Below are positions 45,359 to 55,553 of a DNA stretch of 64,000 nucleotides, one piece after another (within the stretch, counting starts at the first letter, position 1; the number at the start of each line of letters is the position of its first letter). Source of the stretch: Candidatus Methanomethylophilaceae archaeon (GTDB lineage Archaea; Thermoplasmatota; Thermoplasmata; Methanomassiliicoccales; Methanomethylophilaceae); the NCBI GenBank assembly GCA_050944155.1, contig JBMNQN010000001.1, positions 1-64,000 on the forward strand. The letters are read 5' to 3'. Position numbers and translations under genes: made by a program. A model generated the notes under the pieces. That model saw only the letters and a program-made list of their open reading frames with translations. It searched no databases and was not told the DNA's origin.

Positions 45359-46930
45359 GTGAAATTCAAACGGTTCCTCCTGGCAACGGTATTGCTTTCG
45401 GCACTGCTGCTTGCGTCCGTCCCGCTATCAGAAGATTCGTCCGCTACCGATGTAGGAGACGTCAGATACTACGCGTATTCCGGAGGAAAGGAAATTTCCG
45501 CGGGAGAAACCATAGAGATACTTTCCGGAAATTCCTCCACCCTGAGTTTCCATCTTTTCGTTCCGGACAGTGTCAGTCCCGGAACCAGACTGGTTTCCAT
45601 GTAGGTCATGTCCGCAGGGGATATGATTTCCTCTGTGGATCTTCCGGGAGAGGTTGCAATCAGCCCCGGAGGAGGCACATCCGTCGACGTTACGTTCCAT
45701 TCCGAAGCAATCGTGCACGGTGATACCGAAGCGGTCATCAGAATCTCGGTTTTGGACGTGAATACCGAGACCAGTACTTCCGGCGACGTGAATCTGAATT
45801 TCAGTATAATTTCCACGGTAGCCAGCGAAGACAGTTACAACAAAATTATCGGAATTTTCCCCAACAATCTCGAAGAACCGTTCAATCAGCCTGCCTACTC
45901 GGCGACGATAACCTTTGTGTTCTGGGTATTTTTCGGACTTCTTCTCGCTTACGTCATCATTCCCGCGGTTTTGTGGATTCCCTTTAAACACAACAAGAGC
46001 GTCCGCGGAGAGATAGTCGGAGGAATCAACAGAACCATAGTGCTGATTACCGCGGTGTTCGGAATAGCCCAGGCACTCAGGGTGTACGGTGCGCCCGACA
46101 GGACCATAGCGCTTTACGACAGCCTTTACGCAATCATAGTGGTCCTGATGGGCGCCGTTGTGGTATGGAGAATATATCTAGTAACGATTAACCACGTATT
46201 CCGCAAAATAGGCGATAACGTTTCGGTGGGCGGAGTGGACGAGACGCTCATACCCCTGTTCCGTATGATCGGTCAGATTGTCATAGGCACGGTTGCCGTC
46301 GCCGCAATCTTTTCCGCACTGGGAGCCAACCTGATAAGCATAATCGCCGGTGCGGGTATCGCGGGTCTGGCACTGTCTCTGGGAGCCCAGAGCATGCTGA
46401 ATCAGTTCTTCAGCGGACTTATGCTTCTCATATCGCGCCCCTTCGGAGAGGGGGACATAGTGAAAGTCGGAAGCGAGGCCTCCGTTCTTAAGGTCAACCG
46501 CGTCGGAATAATGAACACCAGATTCTATCACAACGACAACGAGATGATAATCACCATGCCCAACAACATGGTTACCTCGTCCGTGATATACAATTACACC
46601 AAGGAAAACAGATTCTGGCACATCTACGTGTATTTCGAAGTGGCCTACGGAAGCGACATGGACAAAGCCAAAAGCATAATGATGGACGTGGCCCTCGACA
46701 ACCCGAAGGTAATGAAGGACGGGTCTGTTCCCATGCCCGGTGTCAGGATGACTTCCCTCAAAGATTCGAGCGTAACTCTCAGACTTTCCGTTTACGTATA
46801 TGATTACAAAGACAGTTTCTCCGTGGACGGTCAGCTCAGGGAAAAAATCTATCAGGAGTTCAGGAAAAACGGAATAGAGATACCCCTCCCGCAACTGGAT
46901 GTCAACATGAAGGGCGAAAAGCAGTCCTGA
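45359..46930 (+). CDS. MscS-family mechanosensitive channel with signal peptide and extracellular N-domain; in-frame TAG at 45602-45604
   Basis: ORFs 45359-45604 and 45608-46930 share a frame and are separated only by TAG-GTC. MscS motifs AGIAGLALSLGAQ, FFSGL..RPF..GD, MPN, GIEIPLPQ. Confidence 0.82.
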
Positions 46931-46933
46931 TTA

Positions 46934-46962
46934 GGACTCCCGGAAAAATTTCCGGGAAGTCC
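46934..46962. terminator. hairpin between the convergent mscS and idsA genes
   Basis: GGACTCCCGGAAA-AA-TTTCCGGGAAGTCC inverted repeat. Confidence 0.55.
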
Positions 46963-46964
46963 GT

Positions 46965-47948
46965 TCAGATTTCGCGGTTTATGGCGAAGCGGGCAAGCTC
47001 GATCATGAAATCCTTGTCCTCGCCGGGAGGCAGGAATTCAATCTTTCCGATTGCCTTTTCCACTTTCTCTTCGGCGAGTCTGAGACCGTATTCGATGCTT
47101 CCGGCCTTTTTCATGATTCCGAGAACTCTGGATATTTCCTCTTCGGAAGCGTCGGCCTTGCCGAGGATTTTCTTGAACTCTTCCAGTTCTTTCGGGTCTT
47201 TGATGTTTTTGACCGCATGGGTGACCATTACCGTGCATTTTCCTTTGCGTATGTCGTTTCCCACGGACTTTCCGGTTTTCGAAGAATCGCCCGCGATTCC
47301 GAGATAGTCGTCGTACATCTGGAATCCGAGACCCAAATCGATTGCGTACTCGTAAATGGCGTTCACGGTTTTTTCGTCGGCCCCTCCGATTATGGCTCCT
47401 CCGGCAGCGGCGGCGGCGAACAGAACCCCTGTCTTCAGTCTGATTGTTTCAGTATATACTTCTTCGGTGACGATGTTGCCTTCGTTGTTCACGTCCATCT
47501 GCTGGCCTCTCGCCAGGTCCCAGACGGCTTTGGTGACGTATTTCAGAACGTTCCTCATGGCCTCTGCCGGAATATCCAGTTCGGCAATGATCTGGAACGC
47601 TTTGGCGAAAAGCGCGTCTCCCGCAAGTACCGCGGTGGGCATTCCGTAGCCGACGTGTATGGTTTTCATTCCTCTGCGCATATCGTCCCCGTCCATGAGG
47701 TCGTCGTGGACCAGAGTGAAGTTGTGTATGTATTCCACCGCAACCGCAAGAGGCACGGCTTTGCTCTTGTCTCCTTTGACGGCACCGCAGCAGGCCAGGG
47801 CCATCGCGGGCCTCATTCTCTTTCCGCCCGCGTAAGGGTACTGTCTGGTAGCCTCGATCAGGTTGGCGGGTTCTTCGTCTTCTATGTACTTTTTAATCGG
47901 ACCGTCGAGTTCGGCCGAGGTTTTCGAAAGATATTCTTTGGCGTTCAT
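46965..47948 (-). CDS. idsA: geranylgeranyl diphosphate synthase
   Basis: GGKRMRP, VHDDLMDGDDMRRG, GQQMD, FQMYDDYL, GKSVGNDIRKGK. Confidence 0.92.
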   Translation of the reverse strand: MNAKEYLSKTSAELDGPIKKYIEDEEPANLIEATRQYPYAGGKRMRPAMALACCGAVKGDKSKAVPLAVAVEYIHNFTLVHDDLMDGDDMRRGMKTIHVGYGMPTAVLAGDALFAKAFQIIAELDIPAEAMRNVLKYVTKAVWDLARGQQMDVNNEGNIVTEEVYTETIRLKTGVLFAAAAAGGAIIGGADEKTVNAIYEYAIDLGLGFQMYDDYLGIAGDSSKTGKSVGNDIRKGKCTVMVTHAVKNIKDPKELEEFKKILGKADASEEEISRVLGIMKKAGSIEYGLRLAEEKVEKAIGKIEFLPPGEDKDFMIELARFAINREI

Positions 47949-49000
47949 TCTAGACTCTCCATCCATTGCCTGGTTTCGCCTAAAACGACGAACCTGGCTC
48001 TTGAAAGCTGTTTGATATCGGAAGACCCGGTAAGCAGCATGGCCGCTCTGAGTTCTTCTCTGATTACGGTAAGTTTTCTTTTCACGGCATCCGCCGATTC
48101 GGCGGCTTCCCTCAGGATTGCGTTGGCGACTCCGGCACACGAAGCGCCCATGGCTACGGAAGCGGCCACGTGCGTACCGTCGAGGATGCCCCCGGAAGCT
48201 ATCAGCGGAAGTCCGCATTTCGCCTCCGCAAGCGAAACCGGAGCGGGTATCCCCCAGTCGAAGAAAGTTTCGCCCATGTACGTGCGCACCTCGTCGTTTG
48301 CTTCGGCGGCCCTGTACATTTCGACTCCCGCGAAACTGGTTCCTCCCATGCCGGCTATGTCCATTCCTTTTATTCCGATTCCCTTCAGTCTCGCCGCAAC
48401 GTCGCGGGATATTCCCGCCCCCGTCTCTTTGACGATTATCGGAAATTCGGAAGCAAGTCCGCGTATCGCCGAGAGGCAGCCCTTCGCGTTGGTGTCTCCC
48501 TCGGGCTGTACCACTTCCTGAAGATAATTCAGGTGCACGGCGACCAGATCCGCGTCTATGAGATCGAACGCTTTTTTCACATCGTCACGGGAAAACGGGT
48601 CCTTTCCGTGCTGGGGAATCAGCTGCGGCGCGCCTATGTTTCCTATGACCAGCGGAACGTCGAATTCTTTGATGACGCTGTAGCTTTCCGGCTCCACTCC
48701 CCGGACTCCGGCCCTTTCGCTTCCGATTCCCATGCCTATTCCCAGTTCGGCGCAGGCTTCGGCGATGTTGGAGTTTATTTTCTTGGCTCCCGGAAACCCG
48801 CCGGTAATCGCGGTGACGATGAGAGGAAAACTAAGTTTTTTGCCGAACAGTTCGATACCGGTGTCTATTTCTTCCGCATCGATTTCCGGAAGGGCGTTGT
48901 GAATCAGTCTCACGTCGTCCCAGTAACAGTATCCCGGGGCGATTCTCTCTTCGAGGCTGATGTTAATGTGGTCTGCTTTTCTGTCTTTTATCAATTTCAT
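47945..49000 (-). CDS. fni: type 2 isopentenyl-diphosphate delta-isomerase
   Basis: [50 protein letters not shown]. Confidence 0.94.
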   Translation of the reverse strand: MKLIKDRKADHINISLEERIAPGYCYWDDVRLIHNALPEIDAEEIDTGIELFGKKLSFPLIVTAITGGFPGAKKINSNIAEACAELGIGMGIGSERAGVRGVEPESYSVIKEFDVPLVIGNIGAPQLIPQHGKDPFSRDDVKKAFDLIDADLVAVHLNYLQEVVQPEGDTNAKGCLSAIRGLASEFPIIVKETGAGISRDVAARLKGIGIKGMDIAGMGGTSFAGVEMYRAAEANDEVRTYMGETFFDWGIPAPVSLAEAKCGLPLIASGGILDGTHVAASVAMGASCAGVANAILREAAESADAVKRKLTVIREELRAAMLLTGSSDIKQLSRARFVVLGETRQWMESLE

Positions 49001-49776
49001 TGCAATCCGCCCTTTGCTATCGTACAGGTAACTTTTTCTCCGCGCAGAAGCGCACCCAGTCTCCCGTCCGCCGTACCGTTTACGAGAATGCATTCTCTCT
49101 CGTTTCTGCTCATGCGCAGCATGGTTTCCATCTTTTCGCGTACGCCGCCGGTAACATCGGCGACTCTGTCGCTGTAAGAAACGGAAGAGAACGTATCGAG
49201 TCCGACCGAAGCTATCAGTTTCGCGTCTTTGTTGATTTTGGGATCGTCGGTATAGAGTCCGTCGATGTCCGATACGAATATTATTTTTTTGACGTCGAAA
49301 AGATCGGCAAGTATCTCCATGAGCTGATCTCCGGAACATATGCCGAAACCTCTCCTCCTGTCGGTTACCACGTCTCCGAAGGTTACAGGCATGATACCCA
49401 GATTCCTGAGCCTTACAATCGCTTCGGTGTCACGGGCAATCAGTTTTCCGCCGTCCATGACGAAACAGGATCCCGGGGGAACCGAAACGGCGGGAATGCC
49501 CGCATCGATAAGCTGTTTGACGACCATCAGGCTGAGTTTCCTCACGTCGTACTGAACCTGGGACGCGGGAAGAATCTGGTCTTCCGAGCTGAAGCCGTTC
49601 TGGAGTCTGTATTTTTTTGCCAGAACATGCCCGAACGACCCGGCGCCGTGGACAATAAGTACGTCCTGCCCGGATTCCTTTATCTCTCTGCAGAGACGGG
49701 CCACTCGTTCTTCGTTGAACGTTCTGTACCGGGTTTTATCCGTAATGACGCTGCCACCCAGCTTGATTAGAATCAT
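48997..49776 (-). CDS. ipk: isopentenyl phosphate kinase
   Basis: [29 protein letters not shown]; lies in the isoprenoid operon. Confidence 0.92.
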   Translation of the reverse strand: MILIKLGGSVITDKTRYRTFNEERVARLCREIKESGQDVLIVHGAGSFGHVLAKKYRLQNGFSSEDQILPASQVQYDVRKLSLMVVKQLIDAGIPAVSVPPGSCFVMDGGKLIARDTEAIVRLRNLGIMPVTFGDVVTDRRRGFGICSGDQLMEILADLFDVKKIIFVSDIDGLYTDDPKINKDAKLIASVGLDTFSSVSYSDRVADVTGGVREKMETMLRMSRNERECILVNGTADGRLGALLRGEKVTCTIAKGGLQ

Positions 49777-49871
49777 TTCGTCCCCGTATCGTCTGGATAT
49801 TATAATTATTGTTTCCGTCTTTTCGAAAAATTGTTAAAAGTCTACATCATAGTGTCAGCGAGAGGGTTTTG

Positions 49872-51338
49872 ATGTACTCTGACGGAAAATTGTGGATTGC
49901 CAAGGGAGACGAAAAAGTATACCTGCTTCCGAAATATGCCAACAGGCACGGTCTGATAGCGGGTGCCAGCGGTACCGGTAAAACGGTCACGATTAAGGTT
50001 ATGGCGGAATCTTTCAGCGCCATGGGCGTCCCCGTTTTCATGACCGACGTCAAAGGAGACGTCAGCGGACTGTGCCGTGCGGGCAAAGACAGCGATTCGA
50101 TGCAGAAGCGCATAAAAACCCTCGGAGTGGACGGATTCTCGTACAAAGGATTCCCCTGCGAGTTCTGGGACATTTACGGGGAGAACGGACATCCGGTCAG
50201 AACGACTGTCGACGACATGGGTCCGGATCTTCTGACCAGAATCATGGGTCTGTCCGAAGTTCAGGAGGACGTTCTCAGAATGGTGTTCCGCATATGCAGG
50301 GACGAAGGCTGGGAACTCATCGATACCAAAGACATCAAAGCCGCCGTCGGATTCATACAGGAACACAGGAAGGAGTACGAAGAGGAATACGGCCTCATGA
50401 GCGCCCAGTCACTGGGGGCGATTCAGCGTTCGGTCATGTCGCTGGAAGACGCCGGCGGAGACATCTTCTTCGGAGAACCTTCTCTGGACATCGAAGACTG
50501 GTTCGAAACCGGAGAGGACGGCAGCGGAACGATAAACATTCTCAATTGTGTGAAACTCGCGCACAACCCCAGACTTTATTCCACTTTCATCGTCTGGCTA
50601 TTAAACAAACTATTCACAGTTCTGCCCGAAGTGGGCGATATGGATAAGCCCAAACTGGTCTTTTTCTTCGACGAAGCGCACATGCTTTTCAGCGATGCCC
50701 CGCCGGTAATGGTTCAGAAGGTGGAGCAGGTCGTAAAGCTGATAAGATCCAAGGGAGTGGGAATTTACTTCATTTCTCAGAGTCCCTCCGATATTCCCGA
50801 TTCCGTACTGGCACAGTTGAGCAACAGGATTCAGCACGCGCTGCGCGCATACACCCCTAAGGAGCGCAAAGCCGTAAAAACCGCAGCCGAAACGTTCCGC
50901 CCCAATCCCAAATTCGATACTTCGGAAGTAATTATGGAACTGGGAACCGGAGAGGCGCTGGTTTCGTTCCTCGACGAAAAGGGACGTCCGGGCATTGTGG
51001 AGAGAGCTTTCATTCTTCCGCCCCAATCCTTCCTGGGACAGATTTCGGACGACGATTACAGAGCGATGGTTTACGGCAGTGCCCTTGACGAAAAATACCG
51101 TGAGCGTGTAGACAATTATACGGCATACGAAGCCCTCGCCGACCTGAAGGAAAAAAAGGCCGAAGAGGCCGAAAAGAAGGCCAAAGAGACCGAGAAAGAA
51201 AAAGCCCGTTCCGGCGGTTCGTCCGGTAAGAAGAAATCCTCTTACACAAAGAAAATGGCGGACAGAACCGTAGGGAATGCGGCATCCGCGATAGGCCGCG
51301 GTCTGGGAAACATGATTTCCAAGAAGCTCTTCCGCTGA
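49872..51338 (+). CDS. HerA-like helicase-domain ATPase (DUF853/YjgR family)
   Basis: ANRHGLIAGASGTGKT, DVKGD, LPEVGD..KPKLVFFFDEAH, IRSKGVG, QHALRA. Confidence 0.9.
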   Translation: MYSDGKLWIAKGDEKVYLLPKYANRHGLIAGASGTGKTVTIKVMAESFSAMGVPVFMTDVKGDVSGLCRAGKDSDSMQKRIKTLGVDGFSYKGFPCEFWDIYGENGHPVRTTVDDMGPDLLTRIMGLSEVQEDVLRMVFRICRDEGWELIDTKDIKAAVGFIQEHRKEYEEEYGLMSAQSLGAIQRSVMSLEDAGGDIFFGEPSLDIEDWFETGEDGSGTINILNCVKLAHNPRLYSTFIVWLLNKLFTVLPEVGDMDKPKLVFFFDEAHMLFSDAPPVMVQKVEQVVKLIRSKGVGIYFISQSPSDIPDSVLAQLSNRIQHALRAYTPKERKAVKTAAETFRPNPKFDTSEVIMELGTGEALVSFLDEKGRPGIVERAFILPPQSFLGQISDDDYRAMVYGSALDEKYRERVDNYTAYEALADLKEKKAEEAEKKAKETEKEKARSGGSSGKKKSSYTKKMADRTVGNAASAIGRGLGNMISKKLFR

Positions 51339-51339
51339 A

Positions 51340-51570
51340 TCAGCGGTATTCCACGCCGTCGTGGTCCAGAACTTCGTTCCAGAGTTTCAGAGTGTCGCGG
51401 GCCTCGTCCTCGTCCATGACCTCTATGGCATAGCCTGCGTGAATGACTGCCCACTGTCCGACCTCCGCGTCGATCATTGCGACGCTGGCCTGTCTGATCA
51501 CTCCTCCGAAATCTATGTCAGCTGTTTCTCCTTCTATCTTTACAATTTTTCCGGGAACTGCCAAACACAT
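51340..51570 (-). CDS. hypC: hydrogenase maturation chaperone HypC
   Basis: MCLAVPGKI...VIHAGYAI. Confidence 0.95.
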   Translation of the reverse strand: MCLAVPGKIVKIEGETADIDFGGVIRQASVAMIDAEVGQWAVIHAGYAIEVMDEDEARDTLKLWNEVLDHDGVEYR

Positions 51571-51575
51571 TTTTT

Positions 51576-51929
51576 TCACCCCGCAACTATGAGTACAATA
51601 GCCTCGGCCGGCTGACCGCCGGAAGCCTCCAGAGCCTCTATGGCTTTTTCTCTGTCGCAGCCTGTCTGGGACATTACGAGCTCGATGTCTTCTTCGGGTA
51701 TCGTACTGCCGGCTTCGGCTTCAGCGGAAAGAGGCCTTACGGATTCGTTTCCGACAATCTGATAGCTTCTTGAACCGCTCATTTCTATACGGACTACCTG
51801 TGCATCCGTCAGGACGATTTCGTTTTCCTTGGTTCTGATGATAACTTCGGTTACGTTCGGAACCTCGGTCTGGCTTATGCCCATCTTCTTCATCGCCTGT
51901 TTCATCTGGCGCGGATTCACTCTAGCCAT
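51576..51929 (-). CDS. nac: nascent polypeptide-associated complex protein
   Basis: NPRQMKQAMKKMGI; C-terminal UBA-like EDIELVMSQTG..A..AL. Confidence 0.93.
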   Translation of the reverse strand: MARVNPRQMKQAMKKMGISQTEVPNVTEVIIRTKENEIVLTDAQVVRIEMSGSRSYQIVGNESVRPLSAEAEAGSTIPEEDIELVMSQTGCDREKAIEALEASGGQPAEAIVLIVAG

Positions 51930-51957
51930 ACGATACCCCGAATCACTGCATGTTTAA

Positions 51958-53151
51958 TTAACGTTGTGCGGAAACGGCCTCTTTGGCCTTTTCGACCAGC
52001 GCCGCAAGGAGTTTTTCCGAAACATCGGTGTCGGGAACTCCGCCCTGCGCAAAATCTTTCTTTCCTCCACCTCTGCCCCCGAATTCCCGAAGCGTCTCGC
52101 CGAGAATCTTCTTGCAGTCCACGTTTTCGTTTCCGGAAGAAACGATAACGGAAAGGCTCTCTCCCTCGGACACGAATATTGCGGTTCCACCGTCTTTTTT
52201 CACCTTTTCGGCTTTTTCCGAAAGTATGCCGCGGTCGGCGCCGGGAACGGACGCGGCGTAGATTTCGTTTCCGTTTTCGAGAATCGGCACGACGGAAGAA
52301 AGAACCGAACCCGTGACCTTCCTGAGAGCTTTTTTCATGAATTCCGATTCGCGTTTCAGATTGGAGACGGCTTTCACCAGATCTTCCGGTTTGGAATCCG
52401 CCGCCTCCGCCGTTTCCATGCAGGTCATCGCAAGTTCCGCTGCCGCCTCTGCTGCTGCTTTTCCCACTTTGAAGTGAACGGAAGTCCCGTCCCTGCCCGC
52501 AGACACAATGCGGTCGACGAAAAGCATTCCTATTTCGGAAGTTTCCATCACGTGTATTCCGCTGCATGCGGAATAGTCGATATCGCCGATTTCCACTATG
52601 CATACATCTCCCTTTTCGGGCAGACGTTCGGCCTTCATTCTGACTTTTTCTTTGAAATCCGGATCGTCGCGGCTCATCATCACTCTTTCCACGGTGAGAT
52701 TGTCCGATATCACGGAATTAGCGAACCTGAGAGCTTTGCGCACAGTTTCCCATCCGATTTCGCCGTTTACTATCACATACTTGTTTTCCGGAGAGATGAA
52801 TATCTTCACGATTTCCAGGTCCGGAACCTCTCTTTTCAGGGAGCAGAACAGAAGGTGCTCCCCCGTGTGTCCCGCCATGAGGTCGAAACGCCTCTCCCAG
52901 TCCACGCTTCCCCAGACTCCATCGCCCTTTTTGAAAGAATTTCCGGGAACTATGTGCACTATGTTTCCGTCTTCGCCGTAGAAAGTTTCGGTTACGCACA
53001 CACCGTTCAGAAATCCGGTGTCGCACACCTGTCCGCCTCCGCCGGGATAGAACGCGGTTTTGTCCAGAACCACCCTGTCCCCTTCCGCGGACACGACCTC
53101 GGCTCCGAATTCGAACTGATAGCCGTCGTGTCTGAACAGTTCTTCCGTCAT
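51958..53151 (-). CDS. alanyl-tRNA editing protein (AlaX) with C-terminal DHHA1 domain
   Basis: FYPGGGGQ..DTG, HTGEH, ACSGIHV, GGRGGGKKDFAQGG. Confidence 0.9.
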   Translation of the reverse strand: MTEELFRHDGYQFEFGAEVVSAEGDRVVLDKTAFYPGGGGQVCDTGFLNGVCVTETFYGEDGNIVHIVPGNSFKKGDGVWGSVDWERRFDLMAGHTGEHLLFCSLKREVPDLEIVKIFISPENKYVIVNGEIGWETVRKALRFANSVISDNLTVERVMMSRDDPDFKEKVRMKAERLPEKGDVCIVEIGDIDYSACSGIHVMETSEIGMLFVDRIVSAGRDGTSVHFKVGKAAAEAAAELAMTCMETAEAADSKPEDLVKAVSNLKRESEFMKKALRKVTGSVLSSVVPILENGNEIYAASVPGADRGILSEKAEKVKKDGGTAIFVSEGESLSVIVSSGNENVDCKKILGETLREFGGRGGGKKDFAQGGVPDTDVSEKLLAALVEKAKEAVSAQR

Positions 53152-53234
53152 AACTCCGGGGAGAGCATCCCTAATCTAATAAATATCGGTAACAGGTTCC
53201 GTTAGCGTTGGTTTTTATGGGAGGTATCCGCGAC

Positions 53235-53681
53235 ATGGACGAATTGGACAGGCGTATCGTCGAACTGATGTGCGCTTCCAGCCAGGGCTCCTACAGGCAG
53301 CTGGCAAAACAGCTGGGGATACATCCGACGACACTTATACAGAGGGTCAAAAATCTCGAATCCAAAGGCATCGTGAAAGGGTACAGGGCCAAGACGGATT
53401 ACATGAAGATGGGTTTCGAGTACATGGGCATAGTTCATGTTTATGCGGACAGCATAGTCAGCGTCCAGAATGCCCTGGCGGAGATGCCGAGAGTGGTCGG
53501 TGTTTTCGACGTGACAGGAGAAAGCGACATCATCGCATGGGTTGCCTGCACGGACAGGGAAGAGTTTTCCGAAGCCGTCAAGGAAATAAACAATCTGCCC
53601 AACGTGAGGAAGACAAATACCGCGGTGGTTCTCAGCATAGCGAAAGATCCTTTGGATTTCGTCCCCCGTCTGTCGGACTGA
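53235..53681 (+). CDS. Lrp/AsnC family transcriptional regulator
   Basis: MDELDRRI..HTH..RVKNLESKGIVKGY, VTGESD. Confidence 0.92.
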   Translation: MDELDRRIVELMCASSQGSYRQLAKQLGIHPTTLIQRVKNLESKGIVKGYRAKTDYMKMGFEYMGIVHVYADSIVSVQNALAEMPRVVGVFDVTGESDIIAWVACTDREEFSEAVKEINNLPNVRKTNTAVVLSIAKDPLDFVPRLSD

Positions 53682-53744
53682 AACCAGGGATAATTTTTAT
53701 ACGAATTAGAAAGTAGCGGAGAGCATCCATTCGGAGAAATAATC

Positions 53745-55553
53745 ATGAAGAGAACCAACACATGCAGAGATCTCAGACTTGCGGACGTAGGTAAAAGCGT
53801 ATGTCTTCAGGGCTGGGTCAGGTTCTCGAGAGACCACGGAGGCGTAGCCTTTATCGATTTGGCCGATCGCTACGGAATAACCCAGATAGTTTTCGATCCG
53901 GAGGATGTCCCCGCGGAATCCGAAAAACTCGCTGAAGTTATGAAAGATTTCACCAGAGAATCCGTTGTTTCCGTCAGCGGAATCGTAAGAAAGAGAGTGG
54001 AAGGCACCGCGGATCCCCGTAACCCCACCGGAGAAGTCGAAGTTCTCATCACGGATGCCGAAGTTCTGGGAAAATCGAAACTTCCGCCGTTCGAAGTGGG
54101 AGACCAGAAGGAAGGCGTTCTCCCCAACGAAGACGTCAGGATGAAATACAGGTACCTGGACCTCAGGCGCACCGAGATGATCGAAGCTCTCACGCTCAGA
54201 AGCAGGTTCATGCATCTCGCGAGGCAGTATCTCGAAAACCGGGACTTCCTGGAAGTCGAAACTCCGATACTGGCACGTTCCACTCCCGAGGGTGCCAGAG
54301 ACTACATCGTACCTTCCAGGGTCCACCCCGGATCGTTTTACGCTCTCCCGCAGTCGCCCCAGCTTTTCAAACAGATGCTGATGGTCGGAAGCATCGACCG
54401 TTACTACCAGTTTGCCAGATGTTTCAGGGACGAGGATTCCAGAAAAGACCGTCAGCCCGAATTCACACAGCTGGACATGGAGATGTCCTTCGTGGAAGAA
54501 AAAGACATCCAGGACACAATAGAGGGACTGCTGGCACATGTTTGGGAGGGGCTGTACGGGAAGAAGCTCGAAACACCGTTCCCCCGTATCGGATACGTTG
54601 ATGCCATGGAGCGTTTCGGCTCCGACAAGCCCGACATGAGATACGGACTGGAGTTTGTGAAACTCACGGATACGGTGAAAGACGTTCCCTACGAAATATT
54701 CCGCAAAATAATCAAAGCGGGAGGAATCGTCGCAGGTCTGAACGTAAGCAAATCCCTATCCAAAGAAGAACTCGGAAGAAACGAAATAGACCGTTACATC
54801 CACTACGCCAAAAAGGCCGGACTCGGGGGACTGACATGGATGAGAGTCCAGGACGGAATACCTTCGAGCAACATAACGAAATATTTCCCCGAAGAAACTC
54901 TTCTCGCAATCAAAGAAAAAATGGGTGCCGAAGAAGGAGACGTTCTGTTCCTGATTGCGGGTCCGTGGAAGTCCACATACGAAGGCGGAGGACTTCTGAG
55001 AAAGAAAATCGCCGAAGATCTGGGTCTTGTTCCCGAAGGTGTTTTCCACTTCTCGTGGCTGGTCGACTGTCCCATGTTCGAAGTCGATCCCGTATCCGGG
55101 AAATTCGATGCGTTCCATCATCCTTTCGTCAAACCTCTCGGAGATATCGACGACAAAAATTGCGGCGGAGCCTGTTTCGATCTCTGTCTCAACGGCAACG
55201 AACTGGGTTCCGGTTCCCTCAGGATAAACGACCCCGAGATGCAGAGGGCGGTTCTGAGAAAGATAGGAAAATCCGACGAAGACATAGAGGCGGAATTCGG
55301 TTTCTTCATCGAATCCCTGAGTTACGGAGCGCCGCCCCACGGCGGAATAGCCATCGGAGTGGACAGACTCATAGCGATACTGCTCGGAAAGGATACGATA
55401 CGCGACGTGATAGCCTTCCCGAAAAACAAGAAAGCCGTGTCTCTCCTGGACAGTTCTCCGGCCAAAGTTCCAGACGAAAAACTGGAAGAGCTTCAGATCA
55501 TGACGCTTGCCGTGGAAGACATCGACTTCGGATTCGAAGAAGACGAAGAGTGA
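53745..55553 (+). CDS. aspS: aspartyl-tRNA synthetase, bacterial type with GAD insertion, probably non-discriminating
   Basis: 602 aa; GWV...RDHGG..FIDL.DRYG, RYLDLR, STPEGARDY, FYALPQSPQLFKQ, CFRDED.R.DRQPEFTQLD, GSDKPD, HHPF, GAPPHGG. Confidence 0.95.
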   Translation: MKRTNTCRDLRLADVGKSVCLQGWVRFSRDHGGVAFIDLADRYGITQIVFDPEDVPAESEKLAEVMKDFTRESVVSVSGIVRKRVEGTADPRNPTGEVEVLITDAEVLGKSKLPPFEVGDQKEGVLPNEDVRMKYRYLDLRRTEMIEALTLRSRFMHLARQYLENRDFLEVETPILARSTPEGARDYIVPSRVHPGSFYALPQSPQLFKQMLMVGSIDRYYQFARCFRDEDSRKDRQPEFTQLDMEMSFVEEKDIQDTIEGLLAHVWEGLYGKKLETPFPRIGYVDAMERFGSDKPDMRYGLEFVKLTDTVKDVPYEIFRKIIKAGGIVAGLNVSKSLSKEELGRNEIDRYIHYAKKAGLGGLTWMRVQDGIPSSNITKYFPEETLLAIKEKMGAEEGDVLFLIAGPWKSTYEGGGLLRKKIAEDLGLVPEGVFHFSWLVDCPMFEVDPVSGKFDAFHHPFVKPLGDIDDKNCGGACFDLCLNGNELGSGSLRINDPEMQRAVLRKIGKSDEDIEAEFGFFIESLSYGAPPHGGIAIGVDRLIAILLGKDTIRDVIAFPKNKKAVSLLDSSPAKVPDEKLEELQIMTLAVEDIDFGFEEDEE

